A stretch of DNA of 64,000 nucleotides from Eubacteriales bacterium (GTDB lineage Bacteria > Bacillota > Clostridia > Oscillospirales > CAG-272). Below are positions 48,301 through 57,799 of this stretch, piece after piece (position 1 is the stretch's first letter; the number at the start of each line of letters is the position of its first letter). The DNA is taken from NCBI GenBank assembly GCA_045127215.1, contig JBGVPV010000086.1:16472-80471 (forward strand), read 5' to 3'. The position numbers and the translations under genes are program-made. Below the pieces are notes generated by a model. That model saw only the letters and a list, made by a program, of their open reading frames with translations. It was not told the DNA's origin and made no database searches.

Positions 48301-48876
48301 GAGCATAGGAAGCACCTGCACCTGCTGTGAAAGTCCGTGATTCTGAAGCTCGATATAGAAGTTACCCTCACCGAATATCGCGGAAAGCTCACGGGCATAT
48401 TCGCACGCTCCCCTGAAATCCCCCTCAGAAAGCAACGAAGGGATCTTGCCTGCAAGACATGCTGAGAGCGCTATAAGCCCCTCACTGTGTGCGCGAAGAA
48501 GCTCAAGATCCACTCTCGGACGCGAATAAAATCCCTCGGTAAACCCCTTGGAAACCATTCGTATAAGATTTTTATAGCCCATCTCATTCTTACACAAAAG
48601 CACGAGATGGTTATACTTACCCGAGCCCTCGGAATACGCGGTTCTATCGAATCGAGATCCCGACGATACATAAACCTCGCAACCGATGATAGGCTTGATG
48701 CCTTCCGCACGGCACGCCTGATAAAACGGAACTACGCCGTACATAACGCCGTGATCCGTAAGCGCAACTGCCGTGTGTCCGCACTCCTTAGCACGCTTGG
48801 GTATATCTGCAATACGGCAAGCGCCGTCCAAAAGGCTATATTCACTATGCAAATGTAAATGTACAAATCCTGACAT
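45373..48876 (-). CDS. dnaE: DNA polymerase III alpha subunit DnaE
   Basis: PHP domain FVHLHLHSEYSLLDG. Palm/fingers motifs GPGRGSGAGSLVAFLLGIT and PDIDIDF. Also has an HhH region and a C-terminal OB fold. The ATG at 48876 (MSGFVHLH) is preferred. Confidence 0.96.
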   Translation of the reverse strand: MSGFVHLHLHSEYSLLDGACRIADIPKRAKECGHTAVALTDHGVMYGVVPFYQACRAEGIKPIIGCEVYVSSGSRFDRTAYSEGSGKYNHLVLLCKNEMGYKNLIRMVSKGFTEGFYSRPRVDLELLRAHSEGLIALSACLAGKIPSLLSEGDFRGACEYARELSAIFGEGNFYIELQNHGLSQQVQVLPMLVRVAEECGLPMVATNDCHYLRRENANTQAVLMCIQTNKIISDGRPAGFETDEFYYKTTDEMRMIFGKYRDAIENTERIAEKCNFEFTFDDPKLPTYKTPSGVSSEIYLRELVQKGFDLRVGNGTLVTSPEGDKVYLDRIDYELSVIHSMGYDDYFLIVQDYVSFAKSKNIPVGPGRGSGAGSLVAFLLGITDVDPIKFDLLFERFLNPERVSMPDIDIDFCYNRRDEVIAYMYDKYGTDHVSQIIAFGTLAARAAIRDVGRAMGLPYAEVDPVARAVPHEIGVTLSDALKLPELKAQYESSDTVKQLVDTAMELEGMPRNITVHAAGLVVTDNPVSSYVPLATSNGAIVTQFDMDVVAKLGLLKFDFLALRYLTIIDEACGFVKEQDPDFDIEKIPLDDKKTFELISSGATLGVFQLESGGMRQMLSELKPSRFEDIIAAIALYRPGPMDSIPQYIKARHNPQDVKFAHPILEPILRSTYGCIVYQEQVMSVFREMAGYSYGHADIVRRAMSKKKADVLNAERDSFLEGARKNGIDEQVAGGIFDDISSFARYAFNKSHAAAYAVISYRTAYLKAHYPCEYMSALMTSVLGNLTKLAEYIGECNNYGIKVLPPDINRSMMYFHPDKNNIIFGLLAIKNVGKQFIENIIKERRVAPFEDLEDFISRMADYDVNKRMVESLIKVGAFDGMGVYRSRMLVSYDKLISIRAEKSRSNVSGQLDMFSSAFSFSAAAPKFEYPQIPEYPIKEKLLMEKEVAGMYFSGHLIDSYSENVQQISPMSISSCLDSESVKEKQNVCLCGIVSSITPKTTKKKERMAFITLEDRFGEIECLVFPTKYQQFFRLIKEDAALCIEGTVSLREEEEPKILVNNIIELVENGRFDPRTVKRTDTSRGVSSNAKQIQNGASYSKLYLRVPDMNSHKFFEAQRIADGSRGDVRVIFYDSSTSSYHDTAKGIKISVPVMDALVTLLGADNVVIK

Positions 48877-48900
48877 ACGCTCACCGCCTCTCATAAAAAA

Positions 48901-51162
48901 TCAATTTCGTTTAATTCTCGTTTTATTATCGTCTCTTCTGAAGGACATAAAAAGTCCTGCACTAATGGCAACAAGAGCGACTATGATACAAATAACCGTA
49001 ATTATAGTTTTCTGCACCTCATTTTCACCGACCGTGCCCGTGTTACGCAGAGCGTTCCGTTGCTCCGTTATAAGCTCTTCCAATTCATCGCCGGAATACG
49101 TATCGGAATATCCGCACAGATCATAAATGCGCAACGTACATCCTCCGGATGCCTCGGTGAGCGGACGAATACTTAGTCTGACATAATCCACCGTATAATC
49201 TGCAGCAAAAGCGGAAACGTCAAAAAACAAAGTCTGAGTGCTTCCGTTTTCTATAACAGCTTTACATACAGCTCTGGATGAATCCGCACCAAGCGTTAAC
49301 CGTAATTCATAGAGAGCCGAGGAATCATCCCGCGCCTCATCAAGTCCAACGGTCAGAGCAATAACAGGCGTATATTTAAAGCTCTCGGAATAATCAAGCA
49401 TATACGTGCAATCAGCGGAATATCCTACCTCAATTACTTCCGTTCTCAATTGAAGAGATCTTTTTCCTGAAGAATCGGGAGTCGAATATACGGATTTACC
49501 GTTGACACCGAGATATGTATTATTAAAAATATCATAATCCGCGAAGGTGTAATAAACAAAGCTTGATTTATAGCTTTGCGGCGTAACACCCGTAACTGCG
49601 GAAAACTCAAAGCGTGTCTTAAGTGTATCCTCGTTAATATCCGCCCCGATGACGTCTGACCAAGTATTTTTATTAAAATATTTAAGCAAATCAGAAGTTA
49701 CGGTGCTTCCACGCTGAGTATCAATGAAGGAAAGTGTATTAGCGAGCTGTAAAAGCTGCTCCGAGTCGCAGACGCTTACAACGAATGAAGAAATATCAGC
49801 CTCAGCATAAAGCTTATAATAGATATATGCGTAAGCGGTGTTGAGTGCACTTCCGCCAAGATCCGCGGGAGGCTCCCACATAAATATAATATTTGACGGT
49901 GCGCTGACATAGGTGCCCGAAAGCTTACGGATATGATCGGCAAATGATTTCACGTTATTAGCGTGTATCTCACCCGACGCGAACTGTGCTTCAAGATCAA
50001 CGCCCTCGGAAATATTTGAATTATTAATTCCAAAAGGCACGACGTCTGACTGTATCATAACCGAGCATTTAAAGCGTCCGGACGTTCCGTATTCAAGCTC
50101 TGATATTACGCGATTAAGGAAATCGGACGTAGTAGTCTGTTCAACCTTATTTTCGCTATATTCATCTCTATCGGAAACAGGTATAACTATGTCGAGAGTT
50201 GAGTCGGTCATTCTCATAGCCCCTGCAATCACAGTAAGATATAACACGTAAGCGTCCGCGTACTGCTCGGCGCTCATATCTCCCACGTAATTTGTATTGA
50301 CGATATCATCCGCGCGATCACCTACTATGACTCCGCTGATCTTTCCGATACCCTCAGTATAACGTTCCATTAAAAACTTGGAAATCGATGATATATATCC
50401 GAGCGTGTATTCGTCATAAATATTCGGAAAACCTCGTCTATCGCCGTCGCTCGTACAAGCAACGCAGAGATCCTTATCAGTCGCCGAAAGTAAAAATCTC
50501 AGATATATCTTAGCGCCGTTTACCGAAGCGCTGTTTATCTGTTTATCAAGACCTTCAACGTATGTTCTGCTAAAAGATAAGTACTCTCCGTTTGACGGAT
50601 ACAAAATTGCATCAGAGATATCTCCACGCATTTTTGACATATCAACGTCAATAACAACCATACTCGCACCAACGTCAAAGGAAAGCGCAGAGCTGTCACA
50701 AAGCACTCCCTTATACGCACCTCTGTCACCGCGCAAATATTCGAAATCCGACGATACCGCAGGATACTTAGGCGTTCCCGCCACGTATTGCTCGCCGTCC
50801 TCAGAACAGAATATTACCGCGTATTTTGAATATCTCTCAAGCGATGACTTAACGGGAATACTAAAGGTAAACTTAATAGTCATAACAGTTTCCGCAAGAG
50901 GATATCTTTGTGTGTCGCTTATAACGTCATCAAGCCTCTCACCCGGGGCAATGGCATAAAGACGTATTTTGTACGACGGATATTTCATCATAACGTCATG
51001 ATGAACCGTTCCGTCTATGACTATCTTTCCCGTTGCCTCGTCAAGTGTACAAGTATAGGAAACTGCATTTGAAAACTCATCGCTGTCAAAAGCATGCACC
51101 GAGGGCGCTATATAGGCAACGGTTATTAATATTGAAATCAAAATCAAAAAGCTTCTTTTCAT
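48901..51162 (-). CDS. Secreted, C-terminally membrane-anchored hypothetical protein (753 aa)
   Basis: Signal peptide MKRSFLILISILITVAYIAPSVHA and a C-terminal TM IITVICIIVALVAISAGLFMSF followed by a basic tail RRDDNKTRIKRN. No family recognised with confidence. Confidence 0.75.
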   Translation of the reverse strand: MKRSFLILISILITVAYIAPSVHAFDSDEFSNAVSYTCTLDEATGKIVIDGTVHHDVMMKYPSYKIRLYAIAPGERLDDVISDTQRYPLAETVMTIKFTFSIPVKSSLERYSKYAVIFCSEDGEQYVAGTPKYPAVSSDFEYLRGDRGAYKGVLCDSSALSFDVGASMVVIDVDMSKMRGDISDAILYPSNGEYLSFSRTYVEGLDKQINSASVNGAKIYLRFLLSATDKDLCVACTSDGDRRGFPNIYDEYTLGYISSISKFLMERYTEGIGKISGVIVGDRADDIVNTNYVGDMSAEQYADAYVLYLTVIAGAMRMTDSTLDIVIPVSDRDEYSENKVEQTTTSDFLNRVISELEYGTSGRFKCSVMIQSDVVPFGINNSNISEGVDLEAQFASGEIHANNVKSFADHIRKLSGTYVSAPSNIIFMWEPPADLGGSALNTAYAYIYYKLYAEADISSFVVSVCDSEQLLQLANTLSFIDTQRGSTVTSDLLKYFNKNTWSDVIGADINEDTLKTRFEFSAVTGVTPQSYKSSFVYYTFADYDIFNNTYLGVNGKSVYSTPDSSGKRSLQLRTEVIEVGYSADCTYMLDYSESFKYTPVIALTVGLDEARDDSSALYELRLTLGADSSRAVCKAVIENGSTQTLFFDVSAFAADYTVDYVRLSIRPLTEASGGCTLRIYDLCGYSDTYSGDELEELITEQRNALRNTGTVGENEVQKTIITVICIIVALVAISAGLFMSFRRDDNKTRIKRN

Positions 51163-51214
51163 ATCGCCTCTCTTGCACCCTCCTTACATACTCATTTAAG
51201 CATTTTAAAAAATA

Positions 51215-54200
51215 TCAAAAGAATGAAAGCTGATCTGTCTCACTCAGGTTATCAAGGACTCCATTTTTACGAAGAACCTCGATAACGCTCTTGGTAAGCT
51301 TTGCGCGTATACGCAAATCGTCAACCGAGAAGAATTTCTCCTCATTTCTCGCGGCTATAATATTCTGAGCCGCATTTTCTCCCAGTCCCGCAAGCGCCGA
51401 GAACGGCATTCGTATAGCCCCGTTTTCGGGCAGGAATATATACGCGTCGGACTTTTCGATATCGATAGGCAAAAACTTTATGCCTCTCGCCATACATTCA
51501 TTTATAAGCTGAAGCACAGATATGGAGCTTTGTTCCTTCGGGGAAGCTTCTTTTCCACGCTTTTCTATGTCCTTGATAGTGGCAACAACGTTACTCTTGC
51601 CCTTCATTACTACCTCGGCATCAAATGCTCCGGGAGCTACCGTAAACATAGCGCAATAGAATGCCAACGGAATATGTACCTTATACCAGCCAAGACGGAT
51701 AGCGGACATAACGTACGCCGCCGCGTGTGCCTTGGGGAACATATATTTTATCTTCTTACAAGAGCCTATGTACCAATCGGGTACTCCGTGTGCTCTCATA
51801 TCAGCTTCCCAATCGGGAGTAAGCCCTTTACCCTTACGCACGCTCTCCATTATCTTAAACGCCACGGCATTATCCATACCGTATCTGATAAGGTCAAGCA
51901 TGATACCGTCACGCGTACCGATAACCTGAGAAATATCACAGATTCCTTCTTTAATAAGATCCTGCGCGTTTCCAAGCCAAACGTCCGTTCCGTGAGTAAG
52001 TCCCGAGATCTGCAAAAGATCTGCAAAATTCTTAGGCTTTGCTTCAATAAGAACCTGTTGCAAAAAGCGTGTACCAAATTCGGGAAGTCCAAACGTTCCT
52101 ATCTGCGAATCAATATCCTGCGGCTTTACGCCAAGCGGACGAGTTGACTCAAACAGCTTATATACCTCGGGGTCGTTCATAGGAACGTCCATAACACTCG
52201 TATCCGAAAATCTTTCAAGATACTTATACTTGGTAGGAATATCGTGTCCAAGCTCGTCAAGCTTCAAAATAGTATCGTGAAGATAGGAAAACGCAAAGTG
52301 AGTTGTAACGATATCGGAATGGGGGTCATCTGCGGGATGCTGAACGGGCGTAAAATCATAAACGTCATACTCTCTCGGTACAACTATAATACCACCCGGG
52401 TGCTGTCCCGTAGTTCGCTTAACGCCGACACAGTTCTGAATAACTCGCTCCATCTCGGCGCGTCCGAGGCTGACGCCCTTTCCCTCAAAATACTTGGCAA
52501 TAAAGCCGTACGCGGTCTTATCCGCAAGCGTACCAAGCGTTCCCGCGCGGAACACGTTTTCCGCACCGAACAGTTCCTCGGTATACTTATGTACTCTTCC
52601 CTGTACGTCACCCGAGAAGTTAAGGTCGATATCAGGCGACTTATCACCGTAGAATCCAAGGAAGGTCTCAAACGGGATATCGTGTCCGTCAGCGCAGTAC
52701 TTTGTACCACATTTAGGGCAATTCTTGTCGGGCAAGTCAAAGCCCGAGCCGTAACTGCCGTCTGTGATAAACTCGGAATTCTGACACTTGGGGCAATAGT
52801 AGTGAGGCGGCAGAGGGTTTACCTCTGAAATTCCCGCCATCGTTGCAACGAACGACGATCCGACAGATCCACGTGAGCCAACAAGGTATCCCTGACTCTC
52901 GCTGTACCAAACCAGCTTTTGCGCGATCATATAAAGCACGGCAAATCCGTTCTTTATAATAGAGGTAAGTTCCTTATCAAGTCTCTTTGCAACAAGCTCA
53001 GGCACGGGATCGCCGTACATAGCCTTGGCTCTTGCCCAGCACATCTGCTCGAGCTCTTCTTCGGCGCCTTCCATGTGAGGCGTATAAGATCCCTTAGGTA
53101 TCGGACGAACGTCCTCGATCATATCGGCAATCAGATTTGTGTTTGTTATAACAACCTCTCTTGCCTTTTCTTCGCCAAGATAGCTGAACTCCTCAAGCAT
53201 CTCCTCGGTGGTACGGAAATACAATCCAATATCTCTGTCACAGTCCTTGAACTTAAGTCCTGCCAAAAGTATCTTTCTGTATATCTCGTCCTCGGGGTTG
53301 AGAAAATGCGCGTCGCACGTCGCCACTACGGGCTTATTATACTTTTCACCAAGCTCAACTATTCTTCGATTAAGCTGACGCAATCCCTCATCATCTGCCA
53401 CCATACCCTCAGCAATAAGAAAACGGTTATTGCAGATCGGCTGTATCTCAAGGTAATCGTAGAAGTTTACGATATCCTCAATATCCTTTTCGGATCTGTT
53501 ATCGATAATAGCTCTGAAAAGCTCTCCTGCCTCACAGGCGGAGCCAATAATAAGTCCCTCACGGTGTGCTTCAAGCTCGGTCTTGGGTATTCTCGGATTT
53601 CTATGGAAATACTCAAGATAGCTTGATGAAATAAGTCTGTAAAGGTTTTTAAGGCCCGTGCGGTTTCGTACCAGAATTATCTGATGGTACGGACGCAAGG
53701 AAAGCGGGTCCGCCTTAGTCTTCATCTCATTTTCAAGCTCTGAGAAATTACGTATGTCCATCTTTTCCATCTGAGAGGTCATTGCAAAATATATCTTTGC
53801 AAGTATCTCAGCGTCATCGCAAGCTCTATGATGATGGAAGTCTTCAAGCTCATAATGCTTCGCAAGAAGATTGAGCTTATGAGCCTTAAGGTCGGGATTT
53901 ATATATCTCGACAGTGCAAGCGTGTCGAGATAAGGATTTTCGAACTCATATCCGCACTGTTTTGCGGCAACTCTGATAAATCCCGTATCAAAGTCAGCAT
54001 TGTGCGCCATAAGCAAGCTTTCCCCGCAGAAATCGAGAAAGCTTCTGAGAGCTTCCGCAATCAGCGGCGCGTCTGCCACCATCTCATCGGTTATCGACGT
54101 AAGCTCAACGATCTCCTCGGGAATGGGCATTTCGGGATTTACAAAGGTATTAAAACGGTCAATTACCTTGCCGTTCTTTATCTTCACCGCGCCTATTTCG

Positions 54201-55606
54201 GTGATCTTATCATCGGTTCTTGAAAAGCCGGTGGTCTCAATATCAAATACCACCATTTCGTCAGCAAAACTACCGCTGTAATCACCGTAAACCGCACTCG
54301 CGGTATTGTTGACGAAATACGCTTCCATACCGTATATTACCTTCATTCCGCACTTATCAGCGGCAAGCATCGCCTCAGGGAAGCCCTGCACGTTTCCGTG
54401 GTCGGTAATAGCTACTGCTTTATGTCCCCACTTCTGCGCGGTCTTTACAGCCACGTCGGGAGCTATAAGAGCGTCCATGACTGACATATTGGTATGAAGA
54501 TGAAGCTCAACTCGCTTCTCAGGGGCGTTATCCTGTCGTGTCTTGACCGATATCACAGCGATATCGGTATAATTAAGGTAAAGCTCACTTTCGTCATTTC
54601 GCTCGCCCTTGGTATAGCCACGCACAGCTACGGTCTTGCCTTTGCCTATGACGGAACAAAGCTCGCCCGCTTCATCGGGAAGCATAGAATATCTCTTTAC
54701 GTATATTGACGACTCGCCGTCAAATATGCCGAAGGTAACGTTAAACTTATCCCCCGCCCTGTTGGCTTCTTTTAAAAAATCAAATATCTCGCCCACAAAG
54801 GTGACGTTTCTCACAGGAGTGGTTACGGAAGAAATCTGAACGGGCTCGATCGGGAATTCAACTCCGATGACATACTCGGGAGCTGAGACGTCAAATGTAC
54901 GGCAACCGATGGTAATGTAGGAGTCACCCTTCTGCACGCCCGTTGACTCAGTCGTATAAATAGACGAAAGCCTCGGAAGCTTGTCCTCCTGAGGTGCAGG
55001 CGCGCTTTTAGCGGCAATACTCTCCATATATTCCTGAGAACCGTAGATCTTATCCGCCGCCAAAATCTGTCTGTCGTAAAGCTCAAGGAGCTGTCTGTGC
55101 TCCTCGGACATATCCATATCGGCATTTTCCTGATGAACTATATCTACTCGAATATCAATGCCGAATTCCGCTTTAATTATCTTCTCGATAACTATATTTG
55201 TCTGCGCGCTCTGAAGCAATGAAACTCCATCCTCGCTAAAGGGTATCGTCACCGTAAGTCTGCCATACTCAAGCGCATACTCATACGACGAGAAAAATCC
55301 CCTCGCCACGTATCCCATTCGCTCACTCTCACGCAATATCTCGGGAATATACTCGCGCGAAAAGAGCGCTGACGGATAATGCGGAAAAAGACGGAATGAA
55401 GCCAGTGCATACGCCTTTTTGACCTCTTCCTCGATCGCATATAATACGTCCTTGGATATTATATTTTTAAAGTCCGCAAACACCTCAAGAATACGCTTGT
55501 CCTTATCAAGACGGGTACGAGTTACCTCACCCTCGTCGAAAATAGCTGCGTATTTCATCGGCGGCAGATATTTATGTAATAATTCCTTTAATGTCTTCTG
55601 CGCCAT
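51215..55606 (-). CDS. polC: PolC-type DNA polymerase III alpha subunit
   Basis: 1463 aa. PHP domain RVELHLHTNMS. Inserted DEDDh 3'-5' exonuclease (VVFDIETTG ... HNADFD ... HHRACDDA). Zinc module CPKC...CPKCG. Polymerase core GSRGSVGSSFVA and PDIDLNFS. Confidence 0.97.
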   Translation of the reverse strand: MAQKTLKELLHKYLPPMKYAAIFDEGEVTRTRLDKDKRILEVFADFKNIISKDVLYAIEEEVKKAYALASFRLFPHYPSALFSREYIPEILRESERMGYVARGFFSSYEYALEYGRLTVTIPFSEDGVSLLQSAQTNIVIEKIIKAEFGIDIRVDIVHQENADMDMSEEHRQLLELYDRQILAADKIYGSQEYMESIAAKSAPAPQEDKLPRLSSIYTTESTGVQKGDSYITIGCRTFDVSAPEYVIGVEFPIEPVQISSVTTPVRNVTFVGEIFDFLKEANRAGDKFNVTFGIFDGESSIYVKRYSMLPDEAGELCSVIGKGKTVAVRGYTKGERNDESELYLNYTDIAVISVKTRQDNAPEKRVELHLHTNMSVMDALIAPDVAVKTAQKWGHKAVAITDHGNVQGFPEAMLAADKCGMKVIYGMEAYFVNNTASAVYGDYSGSFADEMVVFDIETTGFSRTDDKITEIGAVKIKNGKVIDRFNTFVNPEMPIPEEIVELTSITDEMVADAPLIAEALRSFLDFCGESLLMAHNADFDTGFIRVAAKQCGYEFENPYLDTLALSRYINPDLKAHKLNLLAKHYELEDFHHHRACDDAEILAKIYFAMTSQMEKMDIRNFSELENEMKTKADPLSLRPYHQIILVRNRTGLKNLYRLISSSYLEYFHRNPRIPKTELEAHREGLIIGSACEAGELFRAIIDNRSEKDIEDIVNFYDYLEIQPICNNRFLIAEGMVADDEGLRQLNRRIVELGEKYNKPVVATCDAHFLNPEDEIYRKILLAGLKFKDCDRDIGLYFRTTEEMLEEFSYLGEEKAREVVITNTNLIADMIEDVRPIPKGSYTPHMEGAEEELEQMCWARAKAMYGDPVPELVAKRLDKELTSIIKNGFAVLYMIAQKLVWYSESQGYLVGSRGSVGSSFVATMAGISEVNPLPPHYYCPKCQNSEFITDGSYGSGFDLPDKNCPKCGTKYCADGHDIPFETFLGFYGDKSPDIDLNFSGDVQGRVHKYTEELFGAENVFRAGTLGTLADKTAYGFIAKYFEGKGVSLGRAEMERVIQNCVGVKRTTGQHPGGIIVVPREYDVYDFTPVQHPADDPHSDIVTTHFAFSYLHDTILKLDELGHDIPTKYKYLERFSDTSVMDVPMNDPEVYKLFESTRPLGVKPQDIDSQIGTFGLPEFGTRFLQQVLIEAKPKNFADLLQISGLTHGTDVWLGNAQDLIKEGICDISQVIGTRDGIMLDLIRYGMDNAVAFKIMESVRKGKGLTPDWEADMRAHGVPDWYIGSCKKIKYMFPKAHAAAYVMSAIRLGWYKVHIPLAFYCAMFTVAPGAFDAEVVMKGKSNVVATIKDIEKRGKEASPKEQSSISVLQLINECMARGIKFLPIDIEKSDAYIFLPENGAIRMPFSALAGLGENAAQNIIAARNEEKFFSVDDLRIRAKLTKSVIEVLRKNGVLDNLSETDQLSFF

Positions 55607-55623
55607 TTTTACTCCAAAATTCT

Positions 55624-56709
55624 TTATTTTACTCCGAGCTTTTTGATCTCGCCGATAAGCGTATCGACGATATCCTCCTCGGCTATCTTTCTCACTATTT
55701 CACCCTTACGGATAAGAACGGCTTCTCCCTTTCCTCCCGCAATTCCTATATCTGCCTCACGAGCCTCCCCGGGACCGTTTACAACACAGCCCATGATAGC
55801 CACCTTGATAGGCAGATCAAGTATTCCTTCTCTTTTTGCCGCTTCTTCAAACTCTGCAACAAGCGGAATAAGATCTATCTTGGTTCTTCCGCAGGTAGGA
55901 CAGCTTACTATATCAAGTCCGCTCTGTCCCTCAACGCCCACAGCCTGCAAAATACTGCGCGCCGCACTTATCTCCTTGACAGGATCGTCAGTAAGAGAGA
56001 CGCGTATAGTATCTCCGATGCCGTCGCAAAGAAGCGAGCCTATTCCGACAGCACTCTTAAGAAGTCCTCTCTCACGCGCACCCGCCTCGGTAACACCAAG
56101 ATGCAAGGGATAGTCACAGCGGTCTGCCAACAGCTTATTTGCCGCTATCATTTTATACGGATCGGATATCTTCATTGAGATCACGGTATCGTAAAAGCCG
56201 AATTTTTCAAGCAATCCCACGTGATACATCGCACTTTCACAAAGCGCCTCAGGCGTGGGAGAGCCATACTTAGCAAGTATATGCTTTTCAAGAGAGCCGC
56301 CGTTAACACCGATTCTTATAGGTATATTTCTCTCCTTACAAGCATCGCAGACCGCGCGAACTCTATCGTCGTCACCGATATTACCCGGATTTATTCTTAT
56401 TTTATCAACGCCAAGCTCGGCACATCTTATAGCCACGCGATAGTCAAAATGAATATCGGCTACTACGGGAATCGAAACTCCGTTCTCCTTAAGATAATAA
56501 ACCGTTTCAGCCGCTTCAACGTCCGGAACCGTTATACGCACTATATCACAGCCCGCCGATTCAAATGCGCGTATCTGCGCAAGCGTTGCTACCTTGTCGT
56601 GCGTATCGGTATTAGTCATAGACTGTATGGCAATAGGGGCATTGCCGCCTATTATTTTATTGCCGATTTTTATCTGACGTGTTTTTCTTCTGATTTCGTT
56701 ATATTTCAT
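55624..56709 (-). CDS. ispG: 4-hydroxy-3-methylbut-2-en-1-yl diphosphate synthase (flavodoxin)
   Basis: 361 aa. Contains IGGNAPIAIQSMTNTDT, RINPGNIG, and Fe-S cysteines SCPTCGR ... GCVVNGPGE. Confidence 0.95.
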   Translation of the reverse strand: MKYNEIRRKTRQIKIGNKIIGGNAPIAIQSMTNTDTHDKVATLAQIRAFESAGCDIVRITVPDVEAAETVYYLKENGVSIPVVADIHFDYRVAIRCAELGVDKIRINPGNIGDDDRVRAVCDACKERNIPIRIGVNGGSLEKHILAKYGSPTPEALCESAMYHVGLLEKFGFYDTVISMKISDPYKMIAANKLLADRCDYPLHLGVTEAGARERGLLKSAVGIGSLLCDGIGDTIRVSLTDDPVKEISAARSILQAVGVEGQSGLDIVSCPTCGRTKIDLIPLVAEFEEAAKREGILDLPIKVAIMGCVVNGPGEAREADIGIAGGKGEAVLIRKGEIVRKIAEEDIVDTLIGEIKKLGVK

Positions 56710-56715
56710 ATCTCG

Positions 56716-57753
56716 TTAAAAAATCAATTTGATTATATCCTTAAAGGTTATAAAGATCATTAGCGCAAACAATATCATAATTCCCACAAAATTTACGTAT
56801 CCCTCAATCTTTCGGTCAAGAGACTTGCCGCGTACTCCTTCAACTACGAGGAAAGCGAGACGGCCACCGTCAAGCGCGGGAAAAGGTATGAGATTAAATA
56901 CGCCGAGATTCATAGTAAGCACGCAAACGATATAAAGAAAGCTCATTATATCCTTGACGCCCATTCCCTCGACTGCGCCAACAACTCCAATAGGTCCTGA
57001 AACCGCATCCATTCCAAATCTTCCGCTGATAAGTCCGACTAAAGAGTCAATAACCATTTTAACGGTGGAAACCGATCTCCAAAAAGTATGCTTTACAAGA
57101 TTTTGCAAGGTTGCTTCCTCAGCATACGGCAGAAAATCATAGTCACCAAAAACTATACCCTGATCCTCAAACGTTCCAAAGCAAACGTCCTCGAATGCCA
57201 TTGTTTCACCGTTTCTGATAACCGTAACGTCAACAGGCTCATAACCCTGATTCATTATTTCATAAGCGAGCTCGTTCCATGTATGAACTCTCGTGTTACC
57301 GATCTTGGTTATCTCATCGCCCACCATAAGTTTTTCGGCAGATGCCGCGTTATCGGCAAACTCTCTTATGACAGTCGAACCGAGATTTTGCGTTGAAAAA
57401 ACTATAACCGCCATAAGCACAAAGCCAAGCAGAAGATTCATAATAGCTCCTGCCGCAGTTATCAGCATACGCTTGGGAACGCTTTTATTAACGAACGCGC
57501 CCTCATCATCGGTAGGAACTGCTTCATCAAGACCGTCCTCGTTTTCCATACTTACATAACCGCCGATCGGGAAAAGACGGAGCGAATATTTAGTTTGATT
57601 CTTTTTGGACTCCCAAGAAAATATCTTAGGGCCCATTCCGATAGCGAACTCTTTGACCGTAACGCCACAAGCTCTTGCCGTCAGAAAATGCCCCAGCTCG
57701 TGAATAAAGATCAGCGAGCCGAGAATTAAAATAACTATCAGAAAATATCCCAT
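56716..57753 (-). CDS. rseP: RIP metalloprotease RseP/RasP (M50 site-2 protease)
   Basis: HELGHF zinc motif in TM1, central PDZ domain, and C-terminal NLIPFPALDGG motif. Confidence 0.92.
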   Translation of the reverse strand: MGYFLIVILILGSLIFIHELGHFLTARACGVTVKEFAIGMGPKIFSWESKKNQTKYSLRLFPIGGYVSMENEDGLDEAVPTDDEGAFVNKSVPKRMLITAAGAIMNLLLGFVLMAVIVFSTQNLGSTVIREFADNAASAEKLMVGDEITKIGNTRVHTWNELAYEIMNQGYEPVDVTVIRNGETMAFEDVCFGTFEDQGIVFGDYDFLPYAEEATLQNLVKHTFWRSVSTVKMVIDSLVGLISGRFGMDAVSGPIGVVGAVEGMGVKDIMSFLYIVCVLTMNLGVFNLIPFPALDGGRLAFLVVEGVRGKSLDRKIEGYVNFVGIMILFALMIFITFKDIIKLIF

Positions 57754-57799
57754 CTATTCAATACTCCATCAAATTTTACGCAAATCAAATCAAATCAAA

